NCBI RefSeq assembly: GCF_009914755.1 | Contig: NC_060932.1 | Origin: the human T2T-CHM13v2.0 reference genome, Homo sapiens | DNA length: 64,000 nucleotides | Direction: 5' to 3' (one strand) | In this document: piece after piece, positions 1-14,400 of the stretch | How positions within the stretch are numbered: the first letter of the stretch is position 1 | How the letters are laid out: each line of letters opens with the position of its first letter | Notes under the pieces: model-generated | Databases searched by the model: none | Told to the model about the DNA's origin: nothing | The model's input: the letters and a program-made list of their open reading frames with translations, nothing else | Program-made: the position numbers and the translations under genes

Positions 1-299
1 TATCAGTATCTATGTATTTGTGTAGGTATCCACACATCTAGATAAATAGAGAGGTATAGATAGGTTAGTGTTTAGCTTAACGTAACAGTTCAAGGAATGG
101 TAGCTGTTTAAAGTTTGCCATCATTCATATCCAAACTCCTGCTTGCATTCAGTTGCTAGGCCATGGCAAGCTGTTTTATTTACATCCAGGACCTTTATAT
201 ATATATATATCCGCTTTTCCTGAAAAATGTTTTATTGCTTTATGTCTACTTTTAAATGTTATGTTGGCCAGGGTTCTTGCCTCTACCATTTTCTCTTAC

Positions 300-460
300 T
301 GGTGGTTCTCAACTGTGGCTGTATTTAGGCTCACCAGTGAAGTTTATAAAAATACAGATGTCACGGTTCTACCTAGAGATTTTGATTCAGAACTGGACAT
401 TTATTTGTACACTTTCTTGACATATGTCTGGACAAGTAACCAAGAATAAGAGGCTCTGCC
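300..460. mobile_element. MER5-like hAT-Charlie DNA transposon remnant
   Basis: Starts GGTGGTTCTCAACTGTGGCTG and contains AAAAATACAGATG...AGAGATTTTGATTCAG, resembling the MER5A/B consensus as recalled; heavily diverged. Confidence 0.55.
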
Positions 461-899
461 ATACTCTCAGTTTTTTCAGGCGATCTCAGCCGTGCTTGGT
501 TCCTCCAGCCCCAGTAGACATCCAAGTTCACATTTACAGCCTTGATTTTAATCCAGGGTATGTCTCCTGCGTTCTATACTCATCCATGTAGTGCCTCTAC
601 TTGGGTGCTCAGTCTGTTAACACTTTACATGACATCTCACCTCCATCTAATCTCCTTTTCCTATAGTCTCAGCATCCATGAATGGCACTATAATCCACCC
701 AGTAAGTTAACAACTTAGACTTGAACGTTATTCACAAGTAATATGTTTTGTATATAAAAACAAGCTCAAAAGAAATTTGTAAAAGGAAAACATGTACCTA
801 TAACCCCACCTCTTACATGCTTTTTCACATTGCCATACTTTTTTAAATTGAGGAATTAGAGCGTTTCTACACTCTTTTTCCTAAAATAAGTCAATTCAT

Positions 900-2050
900 T
901 GCTTTTGAAAATGCCAGATTGCTAGGCCAAGTATACATAAAAATTTATATATGATAAATGAGACACTAAAATTAATTTGAAAGTGATGGATTATTCAATA
1001 ACTGATGTTAGGGTAAATGGTTAAGCATTTGGTAAAAGTTTAAAATCATACTCCTCTTTTATATCTATACTGGAATATATCTCAGATGAATTAAATACAT
1101 AAAATTTATGAAAACTCTAAAAATTAAATGTAGTTGTTCTGGGATAGGAAACTTTTTAAAGAATGATACTAAATCCAGGAGGCTTAAGGTGAAGAACTGC
1201 TAGACTTGACCACACAAAAATTAAAACCTGTTTGACAAGAATTACTATATCTAACAGTAAAATGACTACAACAACAAAATGACAATAAGCTGATAAATAA
1301 TCATAACATATATGACTACCCCCTTTAAGGTTTTTTTAAAAAAACCTATATAAGAAAAACATGTATATCATAATAGAAAAATATGAAGACTCAAATAGGC
1401 ATACATATAAAATTAATCAAATAAATACAACACACAAAAAATATATCTTTGACTAATCAAATTGGCAAAGGTGAAAAAACTGTAGCAATAGACTGTGTAT
1501 GAGCCAATATCCATGGTCATAATCTTTTGATGGATGTACAAATTGGTACAACCTCTCTTGAGGGCAATTTGGCATAATGCATCAAAATTTAAAACATATC
1601 CAGTTTCATTTCTAGGAATTCACCTAGAGATCACTGGTCAGGTGAACCAAAGCAGATGCACAAAATGTTCATCAAAGTTCAACTTTTAATATTTTAAAAA
1701 CTATATATATATATATATATGAATAAGTGTATCTCAACAGAGAATTAGTAAACATATGCTTAAATTAGATAATATATAATAGTAATATTATATATAATTA
1801 TATATATAAAAGCAGTAATATAATTTTATATACATGGAAAATATTAATAATAAGGAGAAAATTGTGGTGATTTGCTTCCTGTTTAGAAAATAAAAACTGT
1901 GACATACTTGTAATGTTCCTGGTACACTCTTTTGCACAGTGGTGTTAGTGAAGGTTTTATTGCACTCTATTGTTTGTCTAGATTTTCTTCGTTTAGTCAA
2001 ATGAACATGTATTATTTTATTACTAGAAAATACGATAAATATATTTACCA
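900..2050 (+). mobile_element. Ancient L1M (L1ME-like) 3' ORF2/3' UTR remnant
   Basis: A-rich, with L1-like phrases such as GATGTACAAATTGGTACAACCTCTCTTGAGGGCAATTTGGCA and TTTCATTTCTAGGAATT. Confidence 0.55.
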
Positions 2051-3099
2051 GAAAAATAAAAGAAAATAAAGTGGAAGGTTGCTGGGTTTTGGGGTCTGTT
2101 ATAATGTTGGTATTGGTAGCTAAAAGTTTGGAATACTACTCTGTCAGACTGCCTTAAAGGTGAGAACATTTGTAGTTAAATTTCAAAGATCTAATTGTCA
2201 TGCTCACTTTCTAGAAAAAGATAAAGCAAAGCAAACGGAAAATGAACCGACATATATATCGATTGTCTAGTATGTGATAGATACTGCGTTAGGTATTTGA
2301 TATGCTTAAATAGCCATTTAGTGTTTAGGTTACGGTCACAGTTAGGAAATGGGTATTATATGCTACCGAAGCAGGAGGAATTAACTCGTTGAGCATATTC
2401 TCCAGAAATACAGAAATGTTTTCAGTAACTACCAACTGAAGCAAAAAAAGAATCTCTGCAATAGATTGTTTTAAAAGGCTCATTATTACACCTTTCTAAA
2501 GGTGGCATGTGTTTTAATTGGCAATTAAGAAATACCTGATACACTATGGGGCCTGAGAATGACATCTGGGAACAAGGGCAGGTGGAATGCTTGAGAAAAC
2601 CACTTGTTCTTTTAATCTAGACCCCAGGAATTACACAACGTATGTGTCAATTACCTTAGGAGAACCTAAGTCCTTTAGTAGTGTTTTAATCTAACCTGTT
2701 CACTTGACACGTTTGTTTTAATTGGTATTACTTTGCAAATTGCTAAAAATATGGAAATACTAGTGATCGCCTCATTAATATTCAGGGACCTCCTGTGAGG
2801 GAGGTAAAACTCAACAGCTGGCTTTTTCCCACCTAGGCTCACAGGATAATTGTCTAAGTTTGCCTCACAAGTTATTGGTAGTTGTTCAGAAGACCCAAAT
2901 ATAAAAGCTAGAATAATGCTTTTTTCACTTCAATTGTATTGCCCACAGCCAACTCCACAGTTCGGTGGAAAGCTGACAAGAAATATTTCTTGATTGAAAC
3001 ATGCCTCTTGGTCTGACCTACCCCATCAATTGGACATTGGCTACCTTAGCCTTTGAACACTAATAGCCACCAAACCATGACATTTTGGCCTGAACCAAA

Positions 3100-3200
3100 G
3101 CAAAAACGTCTTTGAATCTTGTCTCCAAATCTGTAAATTGGGATGATGATAATATGCACCTCGCATGGTTATAGTGAGGATTAGATAAGGAAAGATGATC
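3100..3200 (+). mobile_element. MIR SINE fragment
   Basis: MIR core ATCTGTAAATTGGGATGATGATAATATGCACCTCGCATGGTTATAGTGAGGATTAGAT. Confidence 0.7.
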
Positions 3201-3219
3201 AGGGGAATGTTAAATTTTA

Positions 3220-3905
3220 ATTTCATTTTTCTCCCATAATACTGGCAAAAATTTAAAAGACTAGGGCAAGGCTTTTGAGACTATGGAAATAGGCACTGTC
3301 AAACACGATGGCTGGGACTATAAATTGGTACAAAATTTTCGAAAGCATTTTGGCAGTATTTTTCCAATCTGCACCTCTTTCAATCCAACATTTCATTTCT
3401 TGGAATTTATACTACAGAAATCCTCACGTGATTAGGTAAAGACAGATGTACAGCAGGTTTATTCATTTTTTTAAGTAAAAAAATTTGAGACCATTTAAAT
3501 ATCCATCACTAAAAAATGTTTAAATATATTAGAGTAAAATCAAGCTATTACATTCCATACAGCCTTAAAAATACATACACACACATGCATACACACATAT
3601 ATATGTATACATACGGATGTACTGACTTGGAAGATTGTTCAGGATGTATCATTGAAAGAAAAAGGCTAGTTACAAAATAACACAGAGGATGATACCATTT
3701 CTGGAGCGGGGGAGGGAGAGAGAAAGAAAGAGAGAGGCAGGGAGGGAGAAAGGGAGAAAATGAGAAAAGGAGGAAGGATCTTGAGAACATAATCTGAAAA
3801 ACATCCCATAATATTATCAATAATTAACTTTATGGAGGGCTATTGGAAGACAGGTTTTAACATTTATTATATATAATTCTGTAAAGTTGTTTTTTTAATA
3901 AATGA
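3220..3905 (+). mobile_element. Ancient L1ME-like 3' fragment
   Basis: GGCTGGGACTATAAATTGGTACAAAA...TTTCATTTCTTGGAATTTATACTACAGAAAT...TAAATATCCATCA match L1M 3' end features. Confidence 0.6.
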
Positions 3906-4725
3906 ATGCATACTACATTGGTAATAAAGGCAGAAAAAAGAGCAGGAAAGGAAGAAGAAGATAAATGGGAAAATACACTGGTCCCTCAATATCATTTCTA
4001 GTTTACTTTTTCCCTCCTACCAACCCTTTTATTTTGCTTTCTCCTTCCTTCTCTACTTCCCCCTCTCTCTTTCTTTTCCATAGTTTATTTTGCCATTTGT
4101 CAACAGTAATTCAGAGCCAGATTTACATTTTGACTCTCTTTAAAACCTTTCAAGTCCCTTTTGCCTACTGAGAAAGATCAAGGTCCTTAGCAAGGCATTC
4201 AAGGCCACCCGTACTCCAGATGATGTGATCAAGCTATACATGACAGGCATAGGAAAGATTTTAGAGAAGTAATGAATGAATAAAGAAGAATTACACACTT
4301 TTTTTGTAGCCATCCTGTTAACTACACTATGTTATGCATGCTCTTTTTATATTCCTAGTATTTTACCATTGGTGTAATTTGACAAAACGCCACGCCACTA
4401 TGATGGAGACCCACCGAATTTTACACATAAGACAATTCCTCATACCATACGCTCTATGTGGAATTGCCATTCATATCACTCTCCCCTGCTTGTTCCATTA
4501 TCGTAGCCCATATAATAAATTACTATAAAAATTATAAAGCACCCTCATTCAAATCTAGGTATTCCATATTTGTTATTTGAGTGAACAAAACTAATGTTCA
4601 CTTCTGTCTGATTCATGTACTCACTGTGATGCACTATTTGCAATGGTAACGCACAAGTATCAGGAATCTGTTGTGTGCAATGCCTTACTCCAGTCTGAGG
4701 ATACAGTAGTCAGTGAGATGTCTGC

Positions 4726-5288
4726 TGTTTCATAGGATTGCCATCCAACATTTTTTTTCTCTTCCTTTAGCAATCATATCCTGACTTGCCTTTGGGAAAC
4801 AAACCTACTCTTAGACTGCATGTTAGGATAAATCGTCTTCCATACCTCAGTCTAGAAGAGGCACTGAGGTGGTCTTGGCCAATTGAGGTGTCACATGCCC
4901 CGTGCCATGGTGATAGTTAAAGATGGGCATGGGATCCAAACCAAGAAAATCACTACTAAACCAAGGATTTCTAAAGGAGAAATGGGAAGATTCTTTTTGC
5001 TTTTCCATTAAATTTGAATTCTAGGGTAGTTAAATCAGGAGCTGCTAGTGAGCCCTGGGTGAAATTCAAGGGAAACGCCTACACGCCAACATGAAGGGGA
5101 GTACAGTGGTGAGATGGAGAGAGCTGCACCTTGGTAACTATGTGAGCTCCTGGATCAAGTCATGCCTGAAGGCAATAATGTCTCAGCAGTTTTCAACTAG
5201 TGATCCACTAAATTTTCTTATTTGCTTAAGCAGGTTTGAGATTTCTGTGACTGTGTGATTTAAATCCCAAAGATTTTAATATAATGCA
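4726..5288 (+). mobile_element. MaLR solo LTR (MLT1K/L-like)
   Basis: TG...CA ends; CTCCTGGATCAAGTCATGCCTGAAGG and TTTGCTTAAGCAGGTTTGAG are typical of old MLT1 3' ends. Confidence 0.65.
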
Positions 5289-6714
5289 TTATGTTGTTAA
5301 AAACTGTAGATTGTGTCATTACTTCAAGCATCTGGAAAGGGATTAAAATTTCCTGTAATTTTTTCAAATTCCTCTATTCACAAAAACCTTAGAAATGTCA
5401 CAAATAATTAAGAAAACAGTGAAAAAAATTTAACTGTTAATTGAAAAGCATTTTTAAAATAAATGTAAATGTTTATTGTTTCCTGCATGCTAAAATGTAT
5501 CAAATATCTTTCCAGCAGAGATGGGCTCAGAGGTCCAAAGAAACAGCTATTGGTCCTTATTGTGACCAAAATCTTTGGTTAAAAACTAGTAATGATTGTA
5601 CATCACCTTCATATCTTTGTTCTAATGTCGTTAATAAGGCGGCTCCACAAACAGGACTAAGTAGGGATGTGATCAGGTTGCAGAGTTGGGAGTGTTGTTT
5701 TCTTCTGACCACAGGCAGAACTCATCACTCACTCATCTTGAATGTTTGTTTCTATTTTGCACATGTTCAGTACCTTCATCAAAGTAATCACCATCATTAT
5801 AATCAATATGAGATCATATTCATTCAAGGGGTTGCATATTATCATTGCTTTTTTAGTACTTATGTCTTGTACTTTAAAAGTGATAATATAGATACATCTA
5901 TCTTCAAGATAATATCAGTAAGCTGCACTAATGTAGATGGCTAATACCTGCACAAGAATGTAGTCAAAAGGTACATCATATTACTAGAGAAATATTTAAC
6001 TGTTCAATTATGAACATAATCAATTATGATTTATGAGGTGATTTGCAGAATTTAAGAGAGCAGACAATTGAATTTAAGAGGAAGAACAATGACAATATCA
6101 TTGTCCTCTAAGGAGAGATGATGTGGAAAGTTATTTGGAGAAGGGAATGGAAGTTAAAAAGAACATCTCAATAATCTAAGCAGGCATTAAATGACTGGGG
6201 CCAAATCCAAGGTACCCACCTTTTGGTGGGACCTAAAGCCACTACTTGTTTAAGTGATTTGACAAAATCGAAAAACTTGATACAAATTATGTGCTCATTT
6301 AGGAGTCTACAATGAGTTGTTCAATGCCATGGTAGTATCTGATATTTCATAAAACCTTGCTGTTTTAAAAATCTCTTTTTTATGTTTCTAATTCCATAAT
6401 TGTAAGAACTAAACTAGCAACATTATATTAACATATTTACATCATGTTATATGGAGATATATAATTTTTGTAGATTATAGAATTGGAGAATATTGATTAG
6501 ACAGGAGGAAGGCCTGATATTTGAAACTTGACTCATAAAGTTAGTTTTGAAATAGACTTTCCTGATTATTCTTTATTAAAGAGTTGAAGTTCCTTTATGA
6601 TAAGCACCTTATAGATTTTTATAGAGAGTATATTTATGTAGATTTCTAAAAATAAATCTAAAAAGGGAAGTGAGGTCAAAGACAATTTACGGTATAAGCA
6701 GCAAATATTTATGT

Positions 6715-6905
6715 ACATATTTTATTTGTCAGACGCTTTACTAGCCATTTTGGTATTTTGTTCTCACAATGATGTAGGTATTAATATCCCTATTTTACAG
6801 ATGAGACACTGAGGCTGAAGAAGATTTACTTGCCAAAGATGCATAGATAGTAATAGATGACAGAACCAGGAACACAACACAAGTCTGTCTGAGGCAAAGC
6901 TCACT
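6715..6905 (-). mobile_element. MIR SINE
   Basis: TATCCCTATTTTACAGATGAGACACTGAGGCTGAAG, the reverse complement of the MIR core. Confidence 0.8.
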
Positions 6906-7364
6906 TTCTAATCTTCTTTCTAATGCTTCTAATCTGATCTCTCTGCTTTCCAATCTCCTGCCGTATTATACTGTGCATTACAAATTTCTTTTGCCAATAT
7001 TGTCCATTTCCTATTCTGCTAGCTTCTCCACCTTCTTAATTCTAATTCATATTCTTCAAGGAACTCTTGAAAGAGTTGGGCCCTATATTTTTCATAATAA
7101 CCCATTGCTTTACATGCAGTCCTGAATGTGAGTGTGTAATAGTAAAGTCAAAAGGAAATCAGTGCCAGGGTGACATGGAATTTCTACCACCGATGATGCC
7201 AGATGAAAGGACATGTGAGGAAACATACCTGGGAAATCTAGGTTCTTTGGAGAAATCTGGAGTCCTTTGAAACACTGCCAATTGCAAATGCCTTATCTTG
7301 CCTCTTGACAGCTGTGATAAAGGAAGTACAAATATTTCAGAAATAATCACAATAACAATACCTA

Positions 7365-7560
7365 ACTAACCTAGCTAAATCTTATTATGTGTCAGTCATT
7401 AGACTAAGTGCTTTAGCTGTATTATCTCATCTAATCCTCATACAAATTGTACATATTAGGTGATATATTAAGCCACTTTTAAAGATGAAGAAACTGAGCT
7501 AAGGGAGATTAACTTTCTCAAGCTGACTCAGTAAATGGTAGAGCAACAAATATTATCCCA
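7365..7560 (-). mobile_element. MIR SINE
   Basis: ATTATCTCATCTAATCCTCA...TTTAAAGATGAAGAAACTGAGCT. Confidence 0.75.
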
Positions 7561-8264
7561 CGTAGAGTAGGTATACAAAGGCAAGAATTCTTCTTCTATT
7601 TTGTCTCGTTGCAGAGCCCACCTTTTTGTATTAATCATTACCATTGTGATAAAGACATTTAAGAGGACCTAGGAGTTCCATTTATTTCCTGACTCAAACA
7701 CAGCTTAACCCAAATATTTTGCAACTGTTTAGTTCTTAATTTTCAGTGTCTGAAAGACATGACTAAAATAATTTTATTTTCAGTTTCTAAAAATACTGTA
7801 TATTTGAAAGATGCTGAGTTCTTGAAGGTTAGTTTCCATTTATCATTGGAAAACAATTGTGTCACTCTAGAAATTATTTTTAAAAGATAGGCATTAAGAT
7901 TATGTCTCAGTTTGATTTGTGAAAGATTGGCATTTTAAAATGTAATAGGAATTTTTTAAAGATGACTTGATTTTAAAATGCCTCATTGAGAAAGGAAAAC
8001 ATTTGAACTAGAAAGGGAAATTTGGCACATATGAGTTGTTAGCTGGTAAAAATAGGTGTCTAATTCTGGAAGAATCCATTATTAAGTGCTTCATAGTGAG
8101 AAGATAGAAATATGACATCCCATCACCCTTTGTGTCTGATATTTTATAGTTGCTCATAATGCTAATTTTAATGCAGAAAGTTAGTATTCAACAATAGGCA
8201 ATATAAGTTACTTTTTCCTTCTTTTTTTTTTCTCTCAGGACTTAATTCTGCAAACTGCAATTCA

Positions 8265-8305
8265 CATACACAGACACACATACACACACACACTCACACA
8301 CACAG
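8265..8305. repeat. Interrupted (CA)n microsatellite
   Basis: Seen directly. Confidence 0.9.
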
Positions 8306-9849
8306 GTACGTAACAGAGACACTGGAAGCAATGCAATTCACGTTTGCAGGTCTAGATGGACCTTTCTGTCTGAAACAACTAAGGGCAATGCAGCTGAAGC
8401 AAATGGTCCTGCATTCATATGTATTCTTTTTGAGATAAAGGCAATTAAGTTTTAGAACTTTACATATGCTGTGTAAAAATTTTAAACCCCCTCCTTGCAA
8501 AGGGGAACACTGGAAGAGTCCCAAGATTTTCTTTCAAGAAACATCATATTAATATTCTCGCGTATTTGAGATTTAACATTTCATATTCTTTCGCCTGTAC
8601 CTTTTATTGTTCCTATTTACAGTGCACCTGAAACACATTGTGTAACTGGCAGAGAGCCCAGATTTTCCATTTAGGAACAGTTTGATGATTTCACTTTTTC
8701 TTCTTTCTTTTTTTTTTTTTTAAACAGCAGGTGCTCTACATTGTAAACAATGCCAGCCACCATAATATTATTAGCTTTTGAATTTTTATTACATTCTTGC
8801 CTTCCTACATATTTTAAACTTCAGTGCAAGGAGTTTTTGGCACAAGCTCAGCAAGCTTCTTAGTTCATAAGGAAGATAGATTCCAGCAAATAGAGTGCTT
8901 CATTGTCATTTATAATTAGAAAGTGTAAGATTTACCTAATCACAAAATCACCCAATATTTTCAGGTTTGTTTCTAATTTTCTAAGCAATACATTCACATC
9001 TGTCCCATGCAGAATGCTAATTCCCTTTTGGTTGCATGAGTTTCACAAATGTTTAACCCTTCCCTAGCCCATTATCTAAATATAACTCTCTTTTAGCTTA
9101 TCTTTACTTTGAAGGCTATAGTAAAGCAAATATTTTGTTTCTTTAACACTTCTAAAATGGCCAAAGCTCATCATAATCGATGTATTCAATTGAGTTGTTT
9201 TAGCAATCAATGTATATCACTGCATGATCGATTTGGCTTCAGCAGTCAGCATGGAATAAGGAGATGGCTAAGGTAATACAATCAGCAATGCTTGCTGCCA
9301 AATGTAATGTATTACATTCCTAGCAATGGTGACCAAACACTCAGCAAGGAAAAAGTATTTTTTACTTAGCATGTGCTCAGTAGGTATTTGCTGAGAAAAT
9401 AAATGAGTAGAAAATAATTTCTGATGTCCTCAGAAGTTCAAATCATGTTACCTATAATACATATATTCATGCAAATTTTGTCTAAAAAGTGACTTCAAAA
9501 TCAGCTTAAAGTACTGCTGGAAATACTGAATTAAACAGTTGAAAATGAATAACCCAGCTATCTGATACATTGCAAGAACTGCTCTGTGGAGACTGATAAA
9601 AAATAAATAAATAAAAAATAAAAAAAAAAACAAGAAAGTATTTACAGCCCCAAATCTGTATATTCTGTTATTTTCTGAGACTAATTTTAAGATCACACTT
9701 AAGATAAATAATGCTTAGTATTTTTCTTCACAGGTTGTGAGGAATTTTCCATTAGCTAACCAAAATGGGGGGTGGGGGAAATCAACCTATTTTATTTTTC
9801 AGCTATGATCTTTCCCACCAAACTGCATTTAGAGCTACATTTTTTCGAG

Positions 9850-10400
9850 ATCACTTCAATAAGTGAAAGCCCAACAGAGAACAGATGCAATATAAGAGCA
9901 ATAAAGGAAGAAAAAAATTAAAAATCCTTTGCTCTCCCTGCAGTACATCCGTAAATCTATTAGCATTATTTTCCTTTCTTCTCTCTCTTTCTCCTTTTTT
10001 TTTTTTTTGTTTTTGCATCCCAAGCCAGATCTCAAGTTCTCTGAAGCAACCCTTAATCAAGCTCCCCAAAGGCCTACGACTGCATGCAGCAATTTCTCCC
10101 GTGCTCTCAGCACAGATGTTTAGAGCACATTCCATTACACCTACATGCCATTACAGCTAATGGCTTATTCTGATGAAGAAAGCTGCTTTCTGCTCAGTGC
10201 AGCAAAGGGGAAAATTTCCTCCTGTACAGTTCGATCCCTGCAACAATGAAATGTGGGGGCAGGTGGTACAACAGAACTCTCTAATGTTAATTACATACTG
10301 TATTACCCCCAAATTTGGCTGGTCATTAATTATGCTAATTTACCTTCCTGAAAATTAGCACCATCAATGTGAACATTTGAGCAGATCATAGCAAAATGTA
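9850..10400. promoter_or_regulatory. Putative conserved non-coding enhancer
   Basis: Non-repetitive block rich in TAAT/ATTA cores, with an ATGCTAAT octamer variant near 10332. Function and conservation are inferred only. Confidence 0.4.
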
Positions 10401-11159
10401 GTCTATCATAGATGCTTGCAAACCTGAACGTTTTGAGCCATCCAAAGAAAAGATGACTCTTATTGGATATATAAAACTTAAGAAGAAATGGTTTATGGCT
10501 ATACTTGGTCCTTGTAATGGTAAATGTCTGGATTTTTCAGGAAGATAATATAAAAAGAAAGCAACTTTATCAAATCCCGACTAAAAACGTGTTTTATTAA
10601 TTTTTTAAAAATTTCAAAGTTGTGAAATACAGAGAAAAAGCACAAAATTGAACACATCAAGGAAAATAAGGCTGGTGTACTTTGAACTGAGTAAAAATCC
10701 TAGGTATTATTTTGAAAGAAAAAGAGTGGAGGAAAAGTAAAGAATAAAACTTTGCTGGCAGTGTCTAGAGTTTTAATGCTATGGAGTATAGTGATTTTCG
10801 TCTATGCATTTTTCATAGAGCCTTGATAAAGAGACATGCACATTGTCTTCAACAGCTCCTACAGTTATAGATTGTATTTTTTTATTTATTACTCCATAAA
10901 AAATTAACATGTCTCCCCTTCCAACTAAAGCTCAGATTTTACCATATTGATTATAGGCTTAATAAAGTGTGCGAATCAGGTTAGGCTTGTTTTTCATATA
11001 AATTAAGTAAGTACAATTTCATTTTGGCCTGTTGAAATTGATTGGATTTTAGAAGTAAATAGAATATCTTCTCTGTGGAGTGAACAGTCTCTGTTTCCTC
11101 TTCAAGGCTGCTGTTTCCTTCTATCCATCTCCAAGAAGCCATCATCATATTAACATAGA

Positions 11160-11400
11160 TGACAATCTGGCAAGGAGGTGCTGATCAAAGATAAATTTCA
11201 CACTCGCACTTCGCATTTTCTAATTACACCATCTGTGTCAGACTCTTTCGTGGCAGTTCTGCCCAATCTGTCAAATGCTGCGTGCCTATGGGAATGCAGA
11301 GGAGCTGAGAAGATCGCCTTGTCTCCCCCCATCCTCCCAGCCGATTCATCACCCCCAATCGGAGCTGGGCAGAGATATTAGTCTAATTGGGGACTGGAAT
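11160..11400. promoter_or_regulatory. Putative conserved non-coding enhancer
   Basis: ATCAAAG (TCF/LEF) overlapping AGATAA (GATA), TAATTA, two TGTCA (MEIS/TGIF) and several retained CpGs. Confidence 0.45.
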
Positions 11401-14400
11401 GAAGGTTCCAGGTTGCATGGGAGATGAGGTGTTTGGGGGATGCAAGACATGAGATTGCAATTTGAATCATATTACAGGGCCTGCCCTAGCTTATCTCAGA
11501 GCAGGCTGAGAACAAGCCATGCATGCGATATCAGGATGGGAGGGGTGAAGACAAGGGAACAGTTTTTAAAAGAATCATGAATGAGAAAGTGTCTTCTTTC
11601 ATTTCTCTCTGTTTCTTTCAGACACATTAAGGATAAATGATTGTGAACAGGCACTGATGGGAAGTGCTCATCTTTTATTATAATATTATAAAATATAAGT
11701 ATAAGAAGTTAAACAGAATGACCCAACTGATAAGGCCAGATCTAATCTAATCAAGGCCAAGCAAATAAATCCAACAGTTCTACCTAAATAACACAAATTA
11801 GTTCTTGTGGAATGTACATGATACTCACAATTGAACACAATAGACTAAAAACAAGAGACACTGAAGGCTGCTAGCTACTTTAGTAAATAATTTTCAAATA
11901 AATATTAAACTTTCAGATCCAGTTTGATCTCTTATTTTTTAATTTAAGGTGACAAAGTCCATGAAATACTAAAGAAAAATGAAATGATTACCCTTTCAAA
12001 CTAGAGCCATGGCATATCTATTTCTAGTTATTGATTTCTTTCTGCCACATGTCACTGCCTTTAAGCCATGTTGCCACTGATGCCAAGGTAAGCAAATAAA
12101 TGTAATAACTCATTTTTAAGTCCTCAAGGGTGTACACTTGTTTGTGTTTCATAGCATGGTATTGCTATAAAACCAAGGATAATCTGTTCCTTCTTTTTTT
12201 AAATATAAACAATTTTTATGATAATACTATTTCTGTTGCCCTCGAAAAATTTAGGATCACTTTTCACCCTAGTCACTCTCAAATGAAAAAGTCCAGGTTG
12301 AAATGGAAACAGGAAAATAATGGGAGTTGGAAAACTTGACTCCAGACCCAGCTCTGTTAATTACTTTTTTGATTCTCCATTTTCTATAAACTCCACTCTT
12401 CCCACTTCATATATTTGTGGCATATGCTTGTGAAAGTATGTTAAGGATTATGAAAATCCCTGAAAATTAGAAGGTCATATTATTTATACATTTGTGTATT
12501 TATATTCTGTCTCAAATTACAAGGTGTTTTCATTAGCTATTTAGATATAGTTGACTGGAGATATTTCATCCCCAATGCACCATCCCAATGTCCACATGCA
12601 GAAGTAGGACCTCTCATGTGCTTATTTTGCCCCATAAGAAATCAACTCTTAAAGGAAAAGGACTATATCTTATTATTCTTTGGCTTGCACATTATACATG
12701 ATCACATGTTTATTATTAAACCTTATTAAATAGTATTTGTAAAGAGTATTGGTAAATTTAATATTCATTAAAGGAGAAAAATATTACTTGAGTCATCGAA
12801 TAAATCCAGGCTGATTGCACTAATATGATTCCATTTGCAGGAAATGAAACCTCCTCAACCATTTGCCTCTTTAGTATTTCCCTGCTTCTGAAAGTCAGGA
12901 TTTTGTGGTCTAATATTAATGCCAAAGTTTTCAGTTTTGCTTGAATGCTAAAATTTTTCTTTTTAAAGTAAGGGGCAAGGTGACTTTAATATGGACTATT
13001 CCAGAAGGACTTCGTTATGAGGACAAACATAGATAAAGTTAAGCCACTGCTTTAAGAGATTATCTTCTCCAGCCATAGTAACAAATTCATGGGAATAGTG
13101 ACCTTATGGTTGTTTATAGTTTTCTGATTAAGATGCAACATCATTAGTTGCTGTTATATATCTATCTATACTTATTTAGATAGTCTATATTAAAGATATC
13201 TATCATAATATAACTGGAGATTTCAGAGAAAATGTAGAAGAGAGAATTACAAATGACCAAGTAAAAACTCAGAGACAGGACATATTAAGTATAGACTAAA
13301 TAAATGTATCCTTTTGATGAAAGAGTAGAAAGATGAAGAGAAAGTTTAAAACAATATTCAATTTCATAAGGAGTCATTGTCCATGTTAAAACAAAAAGTG
13401 TCCTCCCTTTTAAACCTTCTGAATGCCCTACACTGGGCATCTTTGAGGGATCCACTTAGTAAATGCTGTCATTGAATCACTTAATTACACCACTTGCTTA
13501 ATTCAATTATGAGGAGGCACTGGATATTAGCTGAGGCAGATGAATTTGTGTTCTCAATTGTTGCCATGCAATAGTGTCCAATATCTAAAACCTGTCTTGA
13601 GTCTTCTCTTTTCTCATGAATTCCTAGATAACTAGAAAAAAAAAGTTTATAAGTACTGTGCATTTTCAGAGAGAATAAATGAGTATTTCCAGCATTATTT
13701 GCAGAACTGCATTTCTGGAATATTAACATCTCTCTATTCTGGTTAAAGAATATTGGTTATAAAATAGGTAAATATATGAGACCTGTTGTAAAGGGTAATT
13801 TTTAAATTTAAAAGAACTATTGTACATGATGCTTTTATTTACTAAACTTATAAGAATAATTTTCCTTTCTCATATATATATTGGCTAGATCTTTAGCAGC
13901 TTGAAGATATTTACAATATAGTTTTAGATTGGGAAATACTCATGTGTTAAAAAAAAAGATCTTTGGAGAGCTCACTGTAGTATTTCATCACTAACAGCTT
14001 TCAAATATGCAATGATTTACATCTTTTCTAAATCCACAGGTAATGTTAAGAAAATAGTTGATAGTTTGAAGAATAAAAAGGATGCAGAGACTTGGGGGAG
14101 TCAACAGCTTCTTAACCATTCAGTCACTTCCACAACTTAGTTTCTGCCCCAGCACCCACTTCCATGTCATGTTTCCATTAAGCACTAAGAACTAAAAATA
14201 AAGTAATTATGTCACAACTATGTAATCCAATCCAAGGAATCATGCATTCTTATTTCAGTAATGCTTCTATGTATAAATATTTCAAGAATAAAGATTACTT
14301 TTGGGCTCTCTGGCTCACCAAAACTCAACAACTCAAAGTATAATATTTACAAAAAAGAAAAGTAACATTTTGGACCAGTATTCACAGAGCTGTCTTCTAG

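Noticed and set aside
5441-5944. 167-aa ORF
   Set aside because: It starts at TTG, has no recognisable domain, and its composition fits random AT-rich DNA.
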